From contig CAVYNH010000007.1 in the NCBI GenBank assembly GCA_963769885.1, positions 224,001 through 288,000 on the forward strand: a stretch of 64,000 nt of DNA, read 5' to 3'. The position numbers were made by a program, and so were the translations under genes. Every line of letters starts with the position of its first letter. Within the stretch, counting starts at the first letter, position 1. Below the pieces are notes generated by a model, which searched no databases, was not told where the DNA came from, and worked only from the letters and a program-made list of their open reading frames with translations. Shown here piece by piece: positions 31,914 to 41,370 of the stretch. Source of the DNA: Methanobacteriota archaeon (GTDB lineage: Archaea > Thermoplasmatota > E2 > DHVEG-1).

Positions 31914-32489
31914 ATGGCGGATGCAGTCATCGAAGGCATACGGGATCGGGTGTCGGCCGCGATCCGGGTGAACAACTCGGTGGGGATCCAGGTCCCGGAG
32001 AATCGGCATGCGGACCTGCTCGAGGCGGTCTTCGCCTCCATGTTCAAGAACACGCGTGACACCTGGGCGTTCGTGACCGCCAGTAAGACCTACGACTTCA
32101 TCAAGAAGGAGTACAAAGAGTTGGACGAGTTCACCAACATCCGGTTCATCGATTGCATCTCCCGAGCTGCCGGCGTCGGCGGCAAGCATGACAACTGCAT
32201 CTACGTGGACAGCCCCTGTATGCTTGAGCGTATCATTCTTGAGCTGCTGAACAGCTTCCGTGGCCTCAAAGGAGATATCGAGAAATTCATCATCATCGAT
32301 TCCCTCAGCGCGCTTATGATCTACAACGACGCGGAGATCATCCGCGAGTTCATCGCCCTGCTCATGAACCGCGCGCGCTCAGAGAACATCCATGTGATCT
32401 CAATCCTGGTCGAGGAAGAGATGGACTCCAACAAGCTCATCCAGATGAACGATAAAATCATCGTGTTACGGGATTCCTTCATCGACTAG
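31914..32489 (+). CDS. Inactivated KaiC/RecA-fold protein
   Basis: No Walker A, but retains FIDCIS and FIIIDSLSALMIYN. Confidence 0.7.
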   Translation: MADAVIEGIRDRVSAAIRVNNSVGIQVPENRHADLLEAVFASMFKNTRDTWAFVTASKTYDFIKKEYKELDEFTNIRFIDCISRAAGVGGKHDNCIYVDSPCMLERIILELLNSFRGLKGDIEKFIIIDSLSALMIYNDAEIIREFIALLMNRARSENIHVISILVEEEMDSNKLIQMNDKIIVLRDSFID

Positions 32490-32501
32490 AGGAGGGGTAT
32501 T

Positions 32502-33068
32502 ATGAAGGAACCGACAACCACGATGAAACGCCCTCTGCCCTCATGGGAATCATTACCGGATAATGCCTCAGGGCTGCAGTCCTGGCGGGACTCGGCCTTC
32601 GCCGCGGCGATGGCGAAGTTCCAGGCCAGCCACGGCAACGCCGAGGCCGTCCTGCAAACCGGGGAGGCCTTCGGCCGCGCAATCTTCAGCAACCACCTTG
32701 CGGACACGACAGACCGGGACCTGGAACAGTGGTGCGCTGAGGTTTCCAACCTGCTCGCCCCCCTCGGCGACTCCTTCGCGCTGACCAGCGCCCGCCATGA
32801 CGTCGTCGCGACCTTCCTGCGGCGCAATCCCTTAACCCATCATCGTTTGGACCGGCCGCTGGAGTCGTTGTTCACCTATGGGACCCTGCGCGGGCTGTTC
32901 CTCAGTGCGTTCCCCGAAGGAGAGCTCGTGGTCGCCCCCTCCTCGCCGTCCGGGGACGACTCCCCCGGCAGCCTGATGTTCAAGCTTCATCCGTCCAGCC
33001 TTGACCGCCTCGCCCGGGAACGAGTGAAGGATGCGTATTCTGTGATGAATCGCCATGACACCCCCTGA
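32502..33068 (+). CDS. Hypothetical protein in the KaiC-like operon
   Basis: GGAGGGG RBS; overlaps the next gene. Confidence 0.7.
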   Translation: MKEPTTTMKRPLPSWESLPDNASGLQSWRDSAFAAAMAKFQASHGNAEAVLQTGEAFGRAIFSNHLADTTDRDLEQWCAEVSNLLAPLGDSFALTSARHDVVATFLRRNPLTHHRLDRPLESLFTYGTLRGLFLSAFPEGELVVAPSSPSGDDSPGSLMFKLHPSSLDRLARERVKDAYSVMNRHDTP

Positions 33069-33873
33069 GACAATGACAGCATCGTTTGTCGACCCTCGGT
33101 CCACTCAGAAACGGGAAGGGTTCATCAGTACCGGGATCGACAAGCTCGACCGCCTCTTGGAAGGGGGCCTGCCCGCGGGGTTCACGACGGTCATGCTCGG
33201 CGCGCCAGGCAGCAGCACCGAGATCCTCGTCAAGCAGATCGCCGCCACCGGGTATTCAACCTATATCACCACGGAGGAGACAAAGGACGAGATCCTGGAC
33301 ACGATGAAGCGGTTCAAGTGGCAGGTAACCGATATCGACTTCGTGGACATCTCCGAGAAGTACTACTCCAACGTCCTGCGCGGGGAGCAGAAGCGGGTCA
33401 GCATCTACGAGCAGCGGTCCAAGATGAAGCTCAAGGAGCTCATCGAACTCGGCTCCACAGCGATGCCGACGACGGTCACCGGCGATGAGGACTTCCTCGC
33501 AGTACTCTCCAACAAGGCGAAGAGTGGGTCACCGAACCAGAAGATCATCATCAACTCCCTGGATTTCTTCCTCAGCCAGTACGGCCAGGAGGATGTCCTG
33601 CGCACGATCTACGCCTCGAAGGTCAACAACCTCAAGAACAAGGGGGCGTTAATCATCATCATGACCAAGGGCATCCATGGGGAGCTGTTCGAACGGAAGA
33701 TGGAGGGCCTGGCGGACTGCGTCCTGGAGCTCAACGTCATCCAGAAAGGATCCTCCTTCGAACGGTACCTATCCGTCAAGAAGATGCGCAACTACGCCAA
33801 GAAGATCGGTATCGCGCGTTACGTCATTGACGACAGTGGCTTCGTCCTCGAGATGATCGAACGGATTATGTAA
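33055..33873 (+). CDS. KaiC/RAD55-like ATPase with degenerate Walker A
   Basis: STGIDKLDRLLEGGLP, GAPGSSTE (no Lys), IIINSLD, LADCVLEL, KKMR. Confidence 0.88.
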   Translation: MTPPETMTASFVDPRSTQKREGFISTGIDKLDRLLEGGLPAGFTTVMLGAPGSSTEILVKQIAATGYSTYITTEETKDEILDTMKRFKWQVTDIDFVDISEKYYSNVLRGEQKRVSIYEQRSKMKLKELIELGSTAMPTTVTGDEDFLAVLSNKAKSGSPNQKIIINSLDFFLSQYGQEDVLRTIYASKVNNLKNKGALIIIMTKGIHGELFERKMEGLADCVLELNVIQKGSSFERYLSVKKMRNYAKKIGIARYVIDDSGFVLEMIERIM

Positions 33874-33932
33874 TCAAGGCATGATCACAAGTCTTTTCTA
33901 AGAAAAAGAAAAAAAGGGAAAAAGAGGGGGGC

Positions 33933-35544
33933 TTAAATTTTCACGTAGAAGAAGATGACCTTCCCCGTGAAAGTCTTGGAGTCAGAGACACCCTGGTCAC
34001 AGCTTGCTGTCATCTCGATGCTGATTGTACCTAATCCCAAAAAGATGCCGGATTTGAATGTCTCATTGCTGCCGACGGCAACTGCCGAGAAGTTGAACGG
34101 CTTCGAGATATTAATCCTGTGCAGGATGCCACCGGTTACCTTGAGCGTGCCGGCGACGTTGGTTGCCTCGGCCTGCCCATCATTGGTCACGGCTCCAGTT
34201 AACCCCATTCCGCCACTTACAAGGCTCAGTGTCAGGTGCGGCAGCAGCGGTGGAGGCGCTCCGTAGTAGTCGTAGTAGAGATCCTGGTCCGTCCCCCTGG
34301 TGTCGCTCCAGATGATGTCAGGGACCTTGATATCGGACTCGTGCCAGTCATCGACCACAGTGCCAGCGTTGTCGTTGATCTGAATCGGTGCGTCCCAAGT
34401 AGCCCCAGAGTCGTTGGAGATGGTGAGCCAGAGATCCCCACCCTTCACATAGGTACAGTAGACCGTGTCGCCGACCATAGAGACGCGGGGTGAGACTTCA
34501 TCAGAACTCGTGCCTGCGACCGTGATATCATGAACCCAGTTCACACCGTTGTTCGTGGTATAGCTGCATTTGAGGTCCTGGTTGCCGGCAACATCAGTCT
34601 GGTACACGACGATGGCATTGGTCCCGCTCGCGCCCACGGCCGGGTTGATGCAGTTTGCCGAGTACCGGAGTCTCCCACATGCCCCACTGGGTCTTCCACA
34701 GCTCCATGTCGGGCTGGGCTACGGCATCGCCCCAACGGACGTTGATGATATGCTTTCCAACCGTGAAGTTCTCATATTGGAAGGCGAAGAAGAACAGGGT
34801 GTTGGTGGCGGCGATGTCGGTGTATTGAGCCGGGGTGCCGTTCCAACTACTGTCCCAGGTGAACGTGTATCCTGTGGGATCTCCGTTGTGGGTGACTACC
34901 GCGGCAGAGGGGACGCTGTACGGTGGATACACAATGTCGCAGGTATAGGTGAACGCGACGATGGTGCGGTCGGTCTTGTAGGTGGCGATTCCGCCGCAGT
35001 CATGGTTAGCGACCTGCTGAGTCGAGGGAGTGAATAAGGACCATGTCCAGGCCGTCGGGTCGATAGTCGGGTCTTGTCCTTGGAGAAGATATTGGGTGTC
35101 TTGTCCTTCGTCGATGAAGGCTACCCAGAGCATACCATCAGAATCTACGGTGGCAACGGGCGTGGTCTGGCTTCCATCGACATTCATATACCAGGGGGCT
35201 GACCAGGTTTGTCCTTCGTCCGTGGAATTTCTCATGTAGACTTGTGGATCGACGCCGTCATCGAAGATATAGAAAATCCAGATGGTCCCATCTTGGTCTC
35301 TGACGATAGCGGGCGTCTTTTCAATACCGACTTCTCCAGAGGCGAGGACGTCGGTGCCTCGTCCTAGTGGCGTGGCAGAGGTGTCTTTTTGGAAGTGAAT
35401 GGACGCTGGGTGCGTACCGGCTGGTGTCGTGCTCGTGGTTGCTTTGGTCGTAAAAGCTGCCGAGCTTGGCATGAGGAAGGCCAAGGCGACAGCCATTACT
35501 ATGGCTACCTTTATAAAGGTGGTTTTATAAGGTACAGTTTTCAT
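33933..35544 (-). CDS. Secreted BNR/Asp-box protein with C-terminal module, frameshift at about 34650-34670
   Basis: Signal peptide, Asp-boxes STDEGQTW, TTNNGVNW, SNDSGATW; similar to the 16613 protein; two ORFs join in adjacent frames. Confidence 0.8.
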
Positions 35545-35668
35545 AGAACTTCCCCATCATCTATTTTCATTCACCCTATTTAAATATTTCGTGGTTTTAT
35601 TAAAATTAGGTGTTCTGTCCGTTCCAGGAGAAGAAAAAAAGAGAAAAAGGAGGGGGAGGAGACCCCTC

Positions 35669-37159
35669 TTAGATGGTCACTTTTGAGAAGAAGATCTTCG
35701 CGGTCACGTTCGCGCCCGCGGTCTTGTTCTCATTGCACGTCACCGTCAGGGTGATGACTGGTTTTGGCTTGATGATACCAAGGCCAATGCCCATGACGGC
35801 GAACGTCTGGGTGTAGTTGCCGCCGGCAGCGATGATGCCCGGTGTCCCAGGGAATTCCCGCTGTTTCATGAACAGGCCGCCGGTGATGTTCGCGTTGAAG
35901 GTCACGCCTGTGGCAGCGCCGTCACCGATGTTGTTGATCTGGATGGTGAAGCCCTTGCCGCCGCTGATGCTTGCGGTCAGGATAGGCTCCGGAGTGGTGG
36001 TGCCGGGGATGTGCTTATACATGCCGCCCGTGATGCCTCCCGAGTCGGGGTACGCGCCGGCGAAGGCGATCTTGCCTTCCACGGCGTCGAGTGCCATCAT
36101 TTGAATGCTGAGGACCTCGGGGTAGTCGGTCCAGGTCGCGCCGCCGTCCATACTGTAGGAGGCGCCATAGAGGGCTTGGTAGTTCGCGCCGGTGCTGATA
36201 TACATATTCGTGGTCCCGGGGCAGTAGGCGACGTCGTAGTCGTAAGCAGTGCCCGTGTGGGTCAGCGCGGTCCAGTTGTGGCCGCCATCGCTAGTCGCAT
36301 AGAGTGAGAGGTCGCCGGTGCCTTCGTCATGCCCGGCCATGCCGTGTTGGGAGTCGCGGAAGGCGATAACGTTGACGCCGCCGTTCGTACCACCAGAGCT
36401 GCAGCCGGAGTAGCTGCCGAAGTAGGTGTGGCCGCGGTCGTTGGAGATGAAGACATTGCCCATATTAGAGCCGAAGATGACGGTGTTGCCGATGACGTCC
36501 ACGACACCGGTCCAGCCGCCTTCACTGCTACCAGCGGCGACGCCGGTGTAGTTCGCCTGCGGGACACGGGTCCAGTTGGTGCCGCCGTTCGAGGTGAAGT
36601 AGTCTTCGAAGTACCCATCCTTGGTGTCACCGAGAGCGACGCCATGGTTCTCATCCCAGAAGATGACGTTGTTACAGAAGGAGATGGGTTCGTTTCCAAG
36701 CTGGGTCCAGGTGAGGCCGCCGTTCGAGGTCTTCCAGGGACCGCAGGTCACATCTTGGCTGCTGGCATGGTTGTAGACCGCCGCGTAGGCGACAGTGCCG
36801 CTCAGGGCGCAGATGTTGCCGCACCCATGTTCGAGGTCGTCGATTCCTCGGACATACCCGGTTGTCCAGAGAGCACCGCCGTTGGTCGTCATGGTGAACT
36901 GGGTCGTGGGCGTATCTGATCCGCTGCCGTCTCGAGCGACGGCCCAGGCGGTATCGTTATCGACCGCGTCCAGGAACCGGACTCCTTGGCTTGTGCCAAG
37001 ATTGGAGTCCTGTTTGTACCATTCACCCTTACCGAGATTCGCGTTCGTTTGAACGGCGACGTTTGAGTGGGTAACGACTGCGCTGCCTGGCAGGATAAAG
37101 GCCAGGGTGATAGCGCAGACTATGGCTGCCTGTATTAATGTCCTTGTTTTTTTGGTCAT
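35669..37159 (-). CDS. Secreted Ycf48/BNR-repeat beta-propeller protein with C-terminal module
   Basis: Signal peptide, repeated Asp-boxes (TTNGGALW, TSNGGLTW, TSNGGTNW, SNDRGHTY, TSDGGHNW, SMDGGATW). Confidence 0.85.
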   Translation of the reverse strand: MTKKTRTLIQAAIVCAITLAFILPGSAVVTHSNVAVQTNANLGKGEWYKQDSNLGTSQGVRFLDAVDNDTAWAVARDGSGSDTPTTQFTMTTNGGALWTTGYVRGIDDLEHGCGNICALSGTVAYAAVYNHASSQDVTCGPWKTSNGGLTWTQLGNEPISFCNNVIFWDENHGVALGDTKDGYFEDYFTSNGGTNWTRVPQANYTGVAAGSSEGGWTGVVDVIGNTVIFGSNMGNVFISNDRGHTYFGSYSGCSSGGTNGGVNVIAFRDSQHGMAGHDEGTGDLSLYATSDGGHNWTALTHTGTAYDYDVAYCPGTTNMYISTGANYQALYGASYSMDGGATWTDYPEVLSIQMMALDAVEGKIAFAGAYPDSGGITGGMYKHIPGTTTPEPILTASISGGKGFTIQINNIGDGAATGVTFNANITGGLFMKQREFPGTPGIIAAGGNYTQTFAVMGIGLGIIKPKPVITLTVTCNENKTAGANVTAKIFFSKVTI

Positions 37160-37306
37160 AGAATTATTTCCCCAGGTATTCAATATAAGAGTCAGATTAT
37201 TTAAATTTAACCAAACCGGGAGGGGGCAGGGGTTTACCACATAAAATTAATTTCTATACACATATTTATTAAGAGCCTGTCTATTTCCTGGTCCCTGGAG
37301 GTTTAT

Positions 37307-38266
37307 ATGGGAAAAGAGAAGCAGCCTGAGTCGCCGATACAAGGTCTTCCTGGTGTTGGCCCTGCCATCGCGGAAAAGCTAGTCGAAGCCGGGTTTTCAG
37401 ATATGATGACCATCGCGGTCTCGTCCCCCAAAGAGCTGGCGGACGTCGCGGAGATCGGGGAGGCTACAGCTACCAAGATCATCCAGGCCGCGCGAAAGCA
37501 GGCCGACATCGGCAGTTTTGAAACCGGCGTCGCCCTGCTCGAACGTCGGTCGCGCATCGGCTGCATTACCACCGGATCCAAATCATTCAACGAACTCATG
37601 GGCGGCAAGGGATTCGAAACTCAGGCGATCACCGAGTTGTTCGGCGAGTTCGGCTCAGGGAAGACGCAGCTGGCGCTCCAGCTCTGCCTGAACGTGCAAC
37701 TTCCGCCAGAGAAGGGCGGCTTGGACAGCCAAGTCTTCTTCATTGATACCGAGAACACGTTCCGACCGGACCGGATCACCCAGATGGCAGAGGGCCTGGA
37801 GATGGACCCCTCGGAGGCCCTGCAGCGAATCCATGTCGCCCGAGCGTATAACTCCAGCCATCAGATGCTGCTCGTAGAGAAGGTCAAGGAGCTGTCCAAG
37901 GAGTATCCCGCGCGGCTCCTCATCGTCGACTCGCTCACCTCGCATTTCCGCGCGGAGTACGTGGGACGGGGGGCACTGGCGGACCGGCAGCAGAAGCTCA
38001 ATAGGCACATGCATGATCTCCTCAGGTGGGGGGACATCAACAACGGCGCAGTTGTCGTCACCAACCAGGTCGCGGCGAAGCCAGACGCGTTCTTCGGGGA
38101 CCCGACCCGACCCATCGGCGGCCACATCGTCGGTCACACCGCGACGTTCCGTTTGTACCTGCGGAAGAGCAAGGGTAATAAGCGCATCGCCCGGCTCATC
38201 GACTCCCCGCATCTGCCGGAGGGCGAAGCCGTCTTCTCCGTCAACCAAACCGGAATCGGGGATTAA
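37307..38266 (+). CDS. radA: DNA repair and recombination protein RadA
   Basis: HhH N-domain, [46 protein letters not shown]. Confidence 0.98.
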   Translation: MGKEKQPESPIQGLPGVGPAIAEKLVEAGFSDMMTIAVSSPKELADVAEIGEATATKIIQAARKQADIGSFETGVALLERRSRIGCITTGSKSFNELMGGKGFETQAITELFGEFGSGKTQLALQLCLNVQLPPEKGGLDSQVFFIDTENTFRPDRITQMAEGLEMDPSEALQRIHVARAYNSSHQMLLVEKVKELSKEYPARLLIVDSLTSHFRAEYVGRGALADRQQKLNRHMHDLLRWGDINNGAVVVTNQVAAKPDAFFGDPTRPIGGHIVGHTATFRLYLRKSKGNKRIARLIDSPHLPEGEAVFSVNQTGIGD

Positions 38267-38313
38267 CACCCTCTTTTTCCTTTTATAAAAAACAGGGACG
38301 TAGGCCAATGGGC

Positions 38314-39075
38314 CTACGCCTTCTCATCATAGCCATTGACCGTGGCGCAGGCGACCCCGGGGCGTGCTGGAGACGGCATCTTCCTAGTTTTCATGATGAC
38401 TCTTTTCGCGAGGGCGGAGGTGAGGAACACGCAGCCGACGCCTGCGAGAAACGCGGGGTCGACTAACACGGCCTTCTGACCAAGGAAGATGAGGGCGGCA
38501 ACCGTAAACGCAAGCCCACCCATGAGAATGCCGCTGACCTCAAGGGGCAACTCGAAGCGCCCCAGCCGCATCATCATCGGACGACCCAACCGCTGTTCAA
38601 CCTTGTCCAAGCGTTCCGTGACAGAGGTCGCAAGCTGCGTTGAATCCGTTTTCACTGCCTCGTGAAGCGCCGCAGTCTCCGTCATCGATTTTTCGACAGC
38701 GGTGAGGCGGTCTGCGGTCGAGCCGAGCCTGACGCCATGGTCTTGGACGGATGTCTGCAAGAGGGTGAGCTCCTGGTCAAGGACCCGGGCCCATGCCTTC
38801 ACATTCATGGCATGGTTCTTTCGTCCCTCTCCGAGAAGTCGCTGCACGGGCCCGCCCGTCTCCTCCCTCATTTCAGGGCCGGAGAGTGGCGCGACGAGAG
38901 ACAGCCTTGTTTCGACGACGGCCAATCGCCCGCTGATGCTCGCAATCATCTGTTCGTTCTTCTGCATCCAGCTATGAAGCGCGGTGATGCTTTCCTGTGG
39001 CGGCTCAACAGCCTTCTGGCTTTGAGACGGGTGGGGGAATATCCTCATCGCCTTTCCCTTCCTAAAAAATCTCAT
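38314..39075 (-). CDS. Coiled-coil protein with two C-terminal TM helices
   Basis: Heptad segments followed by two hydrophobic helices; directly downstream of the pilin-like gene; start uncertain. Confidence 0.7.
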   Translation of the reverse strand: MRFFRKGKAMRIFPHPSQSQKAVEPPQESITALHSWMQKNEQMIASISGRLAVVETRLSLVAPLSGPEMREETGGPVQRLLGEGRKNHAMNVKAWARVLDQELTLLQTSVQDHGVRLGSTADRLTAVEKSMTETAALHEAVKTDSTQLATSVTERLDKVEQRLGRPMMMRLGRFELPLEVSGILMGGLAFTVAALIFLGQKAVLVDPAFLAGVGCVFLTSALAKRVIMKTRKMPSPARPGVACATVNGYDEKA

Positions 39076-39078
39076 TGG

Positions 39079-39546
39079 CTAACCCAGGCGGATGACGGTG
39101 GCGGCCTCAGGGTCGGTATAATCGTTGTATCCGGCGGCTTTCACTGTTAGTGTCATGTGCGCCTCATTAATGTTGGCGTCGAGGCGTGGCTTGATGCCTG
39201 TGATCTTGGCGGAGCCGTTGGCCAGGGTCTTGGCTTGGCCGGCGACGTTCGCCCCGACCAAGGTAACGGTCGCCCCATAGATTGGATCACTCCGCTCATT
39301 ATTGGTCGTCACCCGGACCCAGATGGTATATGTCTTGGAGAAATTGAAGTCACCACCCCCGGATGCGGTTTCGGCGAGCAGGGCATTGGCGGTGACTTGC
39401 GCCGTCATGGTCCGAGTCCCTTTGGGGATCATGTAGATGACGGAGGCGATTACGGCGACTGCGACGATCATGATGATTATTAGATACATCGGGATCCCGA
39501 GGATGTCTCCGGCCTCATTCGTTTTCAAATTCCTTCGTACTATCAT
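39079..39546 (-). CDS. Type IV pilin-like protein (class III-like signal peptide) with Ig-like domain
   Basis: GGAGG RBS; RRNLKTNEAG followed by a hydrophobic helix; PIYGATVTL...VKAAGY beta-sandwich. Confidence 0.65.
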   Translation of the reverse strand: MIVRRNLKTNEAGDILGIPMYLIIIMIVAVAVIASVIYMIPKGTRTMTAQVTANALLAETASGGGDFNFSKTYTIWVRVTTNNERSDPIYGATVTLVGANVAGQAKTLANGSAKITGIKPRLDANINEAHMTLTVKAAGYNDYTDPEAATVIRLG

Positions 39547-39663
39547 TTGGTTTACCTCCCAAACTTTGATTTTAAAAATAATATACAATTTTGTTTTTAA
39601 TAGTTAACTATACCTATTTATAGTTGAGAGGGGAACAAGAAAAAAAGGGGGGTCAATTGAATT

Positions 39664-40446
39664 CTATTTCAGTGATTTGAGGATGACCTCTGCCGCACGT
39701 TTTCCGGAGAGGAGCATGCCACCGAAAATCGGACCCATGCGTGGTGCCCCATAAACGGCGTTGGCGCCCATGCCAGCGACGATCAAGCCGGGGTAGACTT
39801 CCTTTGTGTTCTCCACCACCGTCCTCTCCCCAATCGCGGCACACATGGATCGTTCCTTTTCGATATCGCCGCTGGGGGTGTTCAGCGGTCCGACCTTGTT
39901 GCGCACGATATGGCAGATTTCGACCGCATGACCGGTGGCGTCGATGCAATACTTGGCGCGAATCGCTAGGGGATCCACGTGCAGTCCGGCGATCTCCACG
40001 GCGCTCCAGTTGATGACGAAGCCATTGACGCGCCTACCGTCCAAGAGGACATCCTCAACGGAGATGGCGTTGAAGATCCGTGCACCGGCATCAATTGCAG
40101 CGGCGCACAATTTAGCGACGACTTCGATAGAGTCAGCGCTGTAGTACCCCTTGCCTTCATCGGTAATCTTGACGCCCGCCTGCTTCAAGATTTCAGTTGA
40201 TTCTTTTTGGATGACGATGACGGGGAAGGTCATGCCTCCGCCCCAGACGCCACCGCCGACGGAGAGTCTGCGTTCGAAGACCACGACCTTCTTGCCCGCC
40301 TCGGCGAGACACCGAGCGGCAGTCAGGCCAGCGGGCCCGGCGCCAGCGATTGCCACGTCGACATCAAAGTGACCTAGAAACTCTTTGCTGAACCGTGAAA
40401 AGATACAGCGTGAGACCGCGATGTCATCAATTGTGATACGAGACAC
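39664..40446 (-). CDS. thi4: Thiazole biosynthesis enzyme Thi4 (His-type, sulfide-dependent)
   Basis: GAGPAGL, GGGVWGGG, GLHVDP, DATGH, PRMGPIFGGMLLSG. Confidence 0.94.
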   Translation of the reverse strand: MSRITIDDIAVSRCIFSRFSKEFLGHFDVDVAIAGAGPAGLTAARCLAEAGKKVVVFERRLSVGGGVWGGGMTFPVIVIQKESTEILKQAGVKITDEGKGYYSADSIEVVAKLCAAAIDAGARIFNAISVEDVLLDGRRVNGFVINWSAVEIAGLHVDPLAIRAKYCIDATGHAVEICHIVRNKVGPLNTPSGDIEKERSMCAAIGERTVVENTKEVYPGLIVAGMGANAVYGAPRMGPIFGGMLLSGKRAAEVILKSLK

Positions 40447-40526
40447 CTCTTGGCTGGCCGTAAGCCTCCCGCAATTCTTAAACATGCCGCTATAGGTTTA
40501 TACGATAGGATGCATTGGGGGGCTTC

Positions 40527-40997
40527 GTGGTCAGGATTCGTCACGCCCAGGCGGAGGATATCGTTACCATCACGCAGCTGGCCTACACTCTCTTGCCTGA
40601 GCGGTATTCCACAGGCGTCTTCACCTCGCTATTCGAGCGGTTTCCTGATGGGCTGCTGGTGGCGGAGGAGGGATCCGTCATCGTCGGGTTTCTCATCGGC
40701 GTCATTCCGGTCGAGGCATCGGCCCGGGTCCTGATGCTCGGCGTCCTCCCGGATTTCCGACGTCGTGGAGTCGGCGGCAGTCTGCTGCATGCGTTTGAGG
40801 CCGCGATGAACCCGCATCATGTTTCCTCGATCCACCTCGAGGTTTTGACCACAAACGAAGCCGCAATCATGTTTTATAAGAAAAACGGGTTCGAAATCCA
40901 GGAACGCATGAGGAATTTCTATGTGACCGGCGAGGACGCGTTCATGATGCGTAAGCCGGTTATTGCTTCGCCTGCTCGCGTTCCTTTTCCGTCATAA
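40527..40997 (+). CDS. RimI/Ard1-like GNAT N-acetyltransferase
   Basis: VLPDFRRRGVG, LEV...NEAAI.FY, FY..GEDAFMM. Confidence 0.9.
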   Translation: MVRIRHAQAEDIVTITQLAYTLLPERYSTGVFTSLFERFPDGLLVAEEGSVIVGFLIGVIPVEASARVLMLGVLPDFRRRGVGGSLLHAFEAAMNPHHVSSIHLEVLTTNEAAIMFYKKNGFEIQERMRNFYVTGEDAFMMRKPVIASPARVPFPS

Positions 40998-41271
40998 ACC
41001 GCAGTGCCATCTGGTCCAGGCGGGTCGCGATCTTCTCCAGGCTAGGGTCCTTGGTGTTGTCGGAGATGAGTCCGGCGATGTCCTTGCTGAGGGTGAAGAC
41101 CGCCAGCTTGTGCTCGCGCTTGGATTTATGGATTTGATAAGGAGTGATCATGAGCTTGGCGTAGCTGCTCTCGTGGCCGTTGTTGTGGTTGTTCTTCTCG
41201 TACATCTGTTCGAGCTGGGAATGGATTTGATAGAGAAAAGTATGAAGTTGAATGAGCTCGTCCTTCTGCAT
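40960..41271 (-). CDS. UPF0058-family protein
   Basis: MQKDELIQLH...I.P.QIHKSKREHKLAVFTL. Confidence 0.85.
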   Translation of the reverse strand: MQKDELIQLHTFLYQIHSQLEQMYEKNNHNNGHESSYAKLMITPYQIHKSKREHKLAVFTLSKDIAGLISDNTKDPSLEKIATRLDQMALRFMTEKEREQAKQ

Positions 41272-41370
41272 TGGTCGCCCTTCCCGATAGTGCATGGGTT
41301 AGTCTGTTTTTATATCTTTTCACGAGCTCAACACGTTGGGCGTTTCGTTGAGGGTTCGTCGTCGGCGCGT

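Noticed and set aside
31147-33873. Circadian clock locus
   Set aside because: The proteins are single-domain, there is no kaiA or kaiB, and the CII Ser/Thr phosphosites are absent.
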